Source: Candidatus Harpocratesius repetitus (GTDB lineage: Archaea > Asgardarchaeota > Lokiarchaeia > Sigyniarchaeales > Promethearchaeaceae). From it: a stretch of DNA of 32,000 bases. Under the pieces are notes generated by a model, which worked only from the letters and a program-made list of their open reading frames with translations, was not told where the DNA came from and ran no database searches. This document shows, one piece after another, positions 28,734-32,000 of the stretch (the first letter of the stretch is position 1; each line of letters opens with the position of its first letter). The translations under genes and the position numbers were made by a program. The DNA lies in NCBI GenBank assembly GCA_021498095.1, contig JAIZWK010000001.1:2370001-2402000 (forward strand). Direction: 5' to 3'.

Positions 28734-29618
28734 ATGGATAAAAAATCACTTTTTTTGGCTTATCTGGCAATTTTAAGTGTTCCGATTTCTTACGGTTCTT
28801 TTTACAGCGTATTTATAATTCTTTTAAGTGATTTTCCTGTATTTTGGCTTTGTGGAATTAGAATGTTAATCGCTTTCATCTTTCTTCTTCCGTTTCTTAA
28901 AAATAGGTTAAAATTAAGCAAATTATTGTTTTTACATTCCTTTATTCTTGCATTTGTTTTTTTTATTGGTTTATTAGCACAATCCTTTTCCTTACAATTT
29001 ATTTCTGCTGGAACTGCTGGATTTGTAATCATATCCTTTATTATTCTCACTCCTTTTTTTGCATGGTTAATTTTACGAACCGTTCCAAACAAAAAAATAA
29101 TTATTTCTATTTTTTTAGTAATTTGTGGTTATCTTATCATGTTTTATAACAAATCAGGTCAGCTATTCAATTTTGGATTAGGAGAATTATTAAATTTTAT
29201 CGGAGCTTTTGTAATTGCCTTTCAAATTGTATTATTTGAAAAATACGCTCAAAAATATGATAGTATTATGATAACAATTGCACAATTTTTCTGGATTAAT
29301 ATTTTCATGATAATTACTCTTCTTATAACCAAAGAAACTTTCCCTTTCAGTTCAATCTCTTTAAGACAATGGGCATTAATATTATATATTGGAATTTTTG
29401 CAACAATTACTCCTTTTATAGCTCAATTTTGGGCTCAGAAGCATATTACTTCAACTTCCACTGCAATAATAATTTCTCTTGAACCGATTTTTGCAACAAT
29501 ATTTGGCATCATTTTACTTCAGGAATCAACTTCTATAAATTTCATTTTTGGAGCTATCGTAATTCTTATTGGTATTCTCAGTTCAATTATTCTTAACAGA
29601 GACAAAAATAAAGATTGA
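28734..29618 (+). CDS. DMT/EamA family transporter
   Basis: About ten TM helices in two repeats; ISAGTAGF, LEPIFATIFG. Confidence 0.9.
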   Translation: MDKKSLFLAYLAILSVPISYGSFYSVFIILLSDFPVFWLCGIRMLIAFIFLLPFLKNRLKLSKLLFLHSFILAFVFFIGLLAQSFSLQFISAGTAGFVIISFIILTPFFAWLILRTVPNKKIIISIFLVICGYLIMFYNKSGQLFNFGLGELLNFIGAFVIAFQIVLFEKYAQKYDSIMITIAQFFWINIFMIITLLITKETFPFSSISLRQWALILYIGIFATITPFIAQFWAQKHITSTSTAIIISLEPIFATIFGIILLQESTSINFIFGAIVILIGILSSIILNRDKNKD

Positions 29619-29838
29619 ATTTTGAGAAAAAAATGTTAAAAAAAGACTGGTCACTTTGGTCGAATGAAGGATTAATGAGACCCTTGGAGAAAAATATAGG
29701 CGAAATGATATAAATATGAATGATTGCAATTAGAGTGTTATAAAAAATTCGTGCTAATCATTTTTTGTTATTATAAAGCTTTTTATTTTACCTTTACTAA
29801 GTTTGTATTATCCATTCTCAAAATAGGTTGAATTAAAT

Positions 29839-30663
29839 TTGCTTAATCAATTCTTCTTTTATTTTCATCAAGGGCGAACTGCTATTGCCAAATCTATCTT
29901 AACTTTAATTGCAATGGGCTTAGCTGTAAGTTTAATTTCAGGAGTAAATTATTACATCGATTCATATCAGTCTCAGGCTCTCGAAGAATCTTATAATAAT
30001 GTTTTTGATTTAGGATTTGTAAAAGAGGGAGATAAATCCTTTTCGAGCGATTTTCTAACTGAACAAAATAAAATAACACTATTAGAAATGCTTGAAAACA
30101 ATGATTTTGAAATACAAGGGTTGTATCCAAGTATTTATATCTATAATGGTTATAGTATTTCTGCATACACAGAATCTAATAATAGTTGGGATCAATCTTT
30201 CTATATTTTTACCCCAGATTTTTATAATTCTCAAAATTTCCAGCATTATTTTTATTTACTATCAGGACAATATCCAAAAGCAGACAATGAAGTATTGATA
30301 TTGGACGATTTAGCAAAATATCTAAATTTAACTGCTGGATCCAACTGGTCTATTCATCCTGAATATGATATGGATAAAGCGAAGAAAGGTCTTCCATTTG
30401 AAAAACCACTGTTACAAGATGAAATCCAGCAACATTTACGAGATAAACCTTATCAAAAAAATTATCCAAAAATTTCGGAAATAACTAAATGCCCATACTG
30501 CGATTCTCTTCATATTAATTTTGGATTAGATAAACGAAAGGGTCAGTTTCAGCTGCATAATGGATACATTATCACCAGAGCAGTACTGTATTGTGAAGAT
30601 TGCCATAAATTCGACTTTAAAACTGTGAAACTTGAAAATCTTGATGAACTAAAAGAAGATTGA
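29839..30663 (+). pseudogene. Apparent chimera: N-terminus of an FtsX/MacB-like ABC permease fused in frame to a CxxC...CxxC zinc-ribbon segment
   Basis: SILTLIAMGLAVSLISG TM1 and SGQYPKADNEVLI periplasmic motif, but no later TM helices; the tail has CPYCDS and YCEDCH; TTG start. Confidence 0.5.
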
Positions 30664-30677
30664 TTACTTTTAACTAT

Positions 30678-30820
30678 AGATTAAGTATAGATTAAGTATG
30701 AATTGAGCACAGATTAAGTATAAATTGAGCACAGATTAAGTATGAATTGAGCACAGATTAAGTATGAATTGAGCACAGATTAAGTATAAATTGAGTATAG
30801 ATTAAGTATAAATTGAGTAT
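30678..30820. repeat. Non-coding tandem array: six 22-bp units (AGATTAAGTAT[G/A]AATTGAG[CAC/TAT]) plus a leading 11-bp half unit
   Basis: Units at 30689, 30711, 30733, 30755, 30777 and 30799; half unit at 30678; no spacers. Confidence 0.95.
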
Positions 30821-30899
30821 ATAAGTATAGATGCAGTTCACTTCTCCATCTTTATATCAAAATCACAATATCCTTATTGAGCAATACTTTTTTTTTACT

Positions 30900-31241
30900 A
30901 TGATAATCTCAACTAAAGCTCTTCAATATATTGAAAAGCAGCGCCATTCATTCGAATTGCCTGTATTACTTTTGTATGAAAAAATATATCGTGGTTGATG
31001 CGGAATCTCAACCTATCCCAAAGCTTCACTTAGTTCTCGGAATTCTATCACTGATTTCTCAGCATACATAGAAATAACACAAATGAATTGGAAAGAACGC
31101 ATATGTACAAATCCGAATTACTGTGAGTTATTACAAATGCCAATTTTGATTACTCACCAACTCATGGAAGCATGGGATAGATTAGAAGTGCACCTTTATG
31201 GAAAGTACTTATACAAGCAGTTAATTCTCATGCGCACCTAA
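30900..31241 (+). CDS. Candidate selenoprotein, HesB-like / CC-Se-motif-like, 113 aa with Sec33 encoded by TGA 30996-30998
   Basis: Manual translation: MIISTKALQYIEKQRHSFELPVLLLYEKIYRG-U-CGISTYPKASLSSRNSITDFSAYIEITQMNWKERICTNPNYCELLQMPILITHQLMEAWDRLEVHLYGKYLYKQLILMRT*. The frame stays open for 80 codons after the TGA. An in-frame ATG at 30831 is an alternative start. Confidence 0.7.
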
Positions 31242-31242
31242 A

Positions 31243-31298
31243 GATATGGATGAATTCATCCCGCAAATTTTGGAATGAATGACGTCGAGCCATCGATT
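31243..31298 (+). ncRNA. Candidate eukaryote-type SECIS element in the 3' UTR
   Basis: ATGA (31250-53), 11 nt, AAA (31265-67), stem partner GGAATGAAT (31272-80), GA (31281-82); outer ATGG/CCAT pairing (31246-49 / 31290-93). Confidence 0.6.
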
Positions 31299-32000
31299 AT
31301 TATTCTTAGATGCGCTAAATATTATTAAAAAATTGTCTTCAATTCAAACTCGCAGTTATTGATGCTACAGCAGTGCTTCGTATATTACTTGAAATACAAA
31401 AACGAGATGCACTTATACTATGAAGAATATGCTGATGAAAGTGCCATGAATAATTTTAATGCATATTTAGATGCAATTGAGAGATTTATCGGATAAAAGA
31501 TTGGTCTGCTCATGTTTATAACGATAAATTAGAATTGATATTGGTTAGGCAGGATTTCGATATTAAAAAAAGGAAAGATGTTGATAAAGTTTATAAAATA
31601 GATGCATATAGTTGTATTTTTCCCAATAATGAAGCAGATTTTTCTGCTTTCATCAACTGCAGAGAAATTGAAATATCTGGAGAAACTCCATCTTAAAAAC
31701 CTAATAATATCTGGATTTGAATTTTCCTTTGCATACCAAAACATCCCTTAAAAAAAATTATAAAAATATTAAATTAATTAGAATGACTGATTATGCAAAT
31801 ATTGCTTTAGTAATCGCTGGATTAGTTCCTATTACTATTTCAGCAACGAAAGTAGAAAAATATTATACGGAATTTTATGGTTATACTTTAATTATCTTAG
31901 GTTTCATTTTAGATGAACAGATATATATTGAATTAATGATTATTGCTATATTTTTTATAATTTAAAAAAGAATTGTTGTTAGCAAATTAATAGAATAATA

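Noticed and set aside
1000-30298. Short overlapping ORFs in the track (e.g. 1000..1194, 2843..3052, 5472..5717, 15924..16106, 25764..26144, 28802..29092, 29894..30166)
   Set aside because: They are antisense or out-of-frame shadows of well-supported genes, without recognisable motifs.
30678-30820. CRISPR array
   Set aside because: Repeats are head-to-tail with no unique spacers and there are no cas genes in the window.
31322-31497. PIN-like fragment (KLAVIDATAVLRILLE) and a 44-aa acidic ORF (MLQQCF...ERFIG) in different frames
   Set aside because: The first has no start codon and both are too short; at most a decayed gene remnant.
31529-31965. Two short opposing ORFs at the window end
   Set aside because: No motifs; the plus-strand one could be a small membrane protein from ATG 31783 but cannot be supported from sequence alone.

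Overview
AT-rich archaeal chromosomal window. The archaeal-type eS25/uS10/DHS/AsnA and a Loki-CTERM-like sorting signal point to an Asgard (Lokiarchaeia-like) genome. Content: small-subunit ribosomal genes (eS25, uS10) flanking two tandem Bud23/WBSCR22-like methyltransferases; an intact ISH3-type insertion sequence; secreted and membrane proteins; tRNA-Gly(CCC); an Lrp/AsnC-asparagine synthetase pair next to a KamA radical SAM gene; a membrane-anchored protein with about seven LEA_2-like repeats; and a long minus-strand run V4R - agmatinase - deoxyhypusine synthase - DsrH/E/F-like - N6-methyltransferase. The strongest discovery is missing from the ORF track: a 113-codon frame at 30900..31241 with an in-frame TGA in a G-U-C-G motif (HesB-like / CC-Se-motif-like protein). 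A hairpin with eukaryote-type SECIS signatures (AUGA...AAA...GA) follows within 10 nt of its stop, and a non-coding 22-bp tandem array lies upstream. All family assignments come from recognising motifs by eye; no database search was run.
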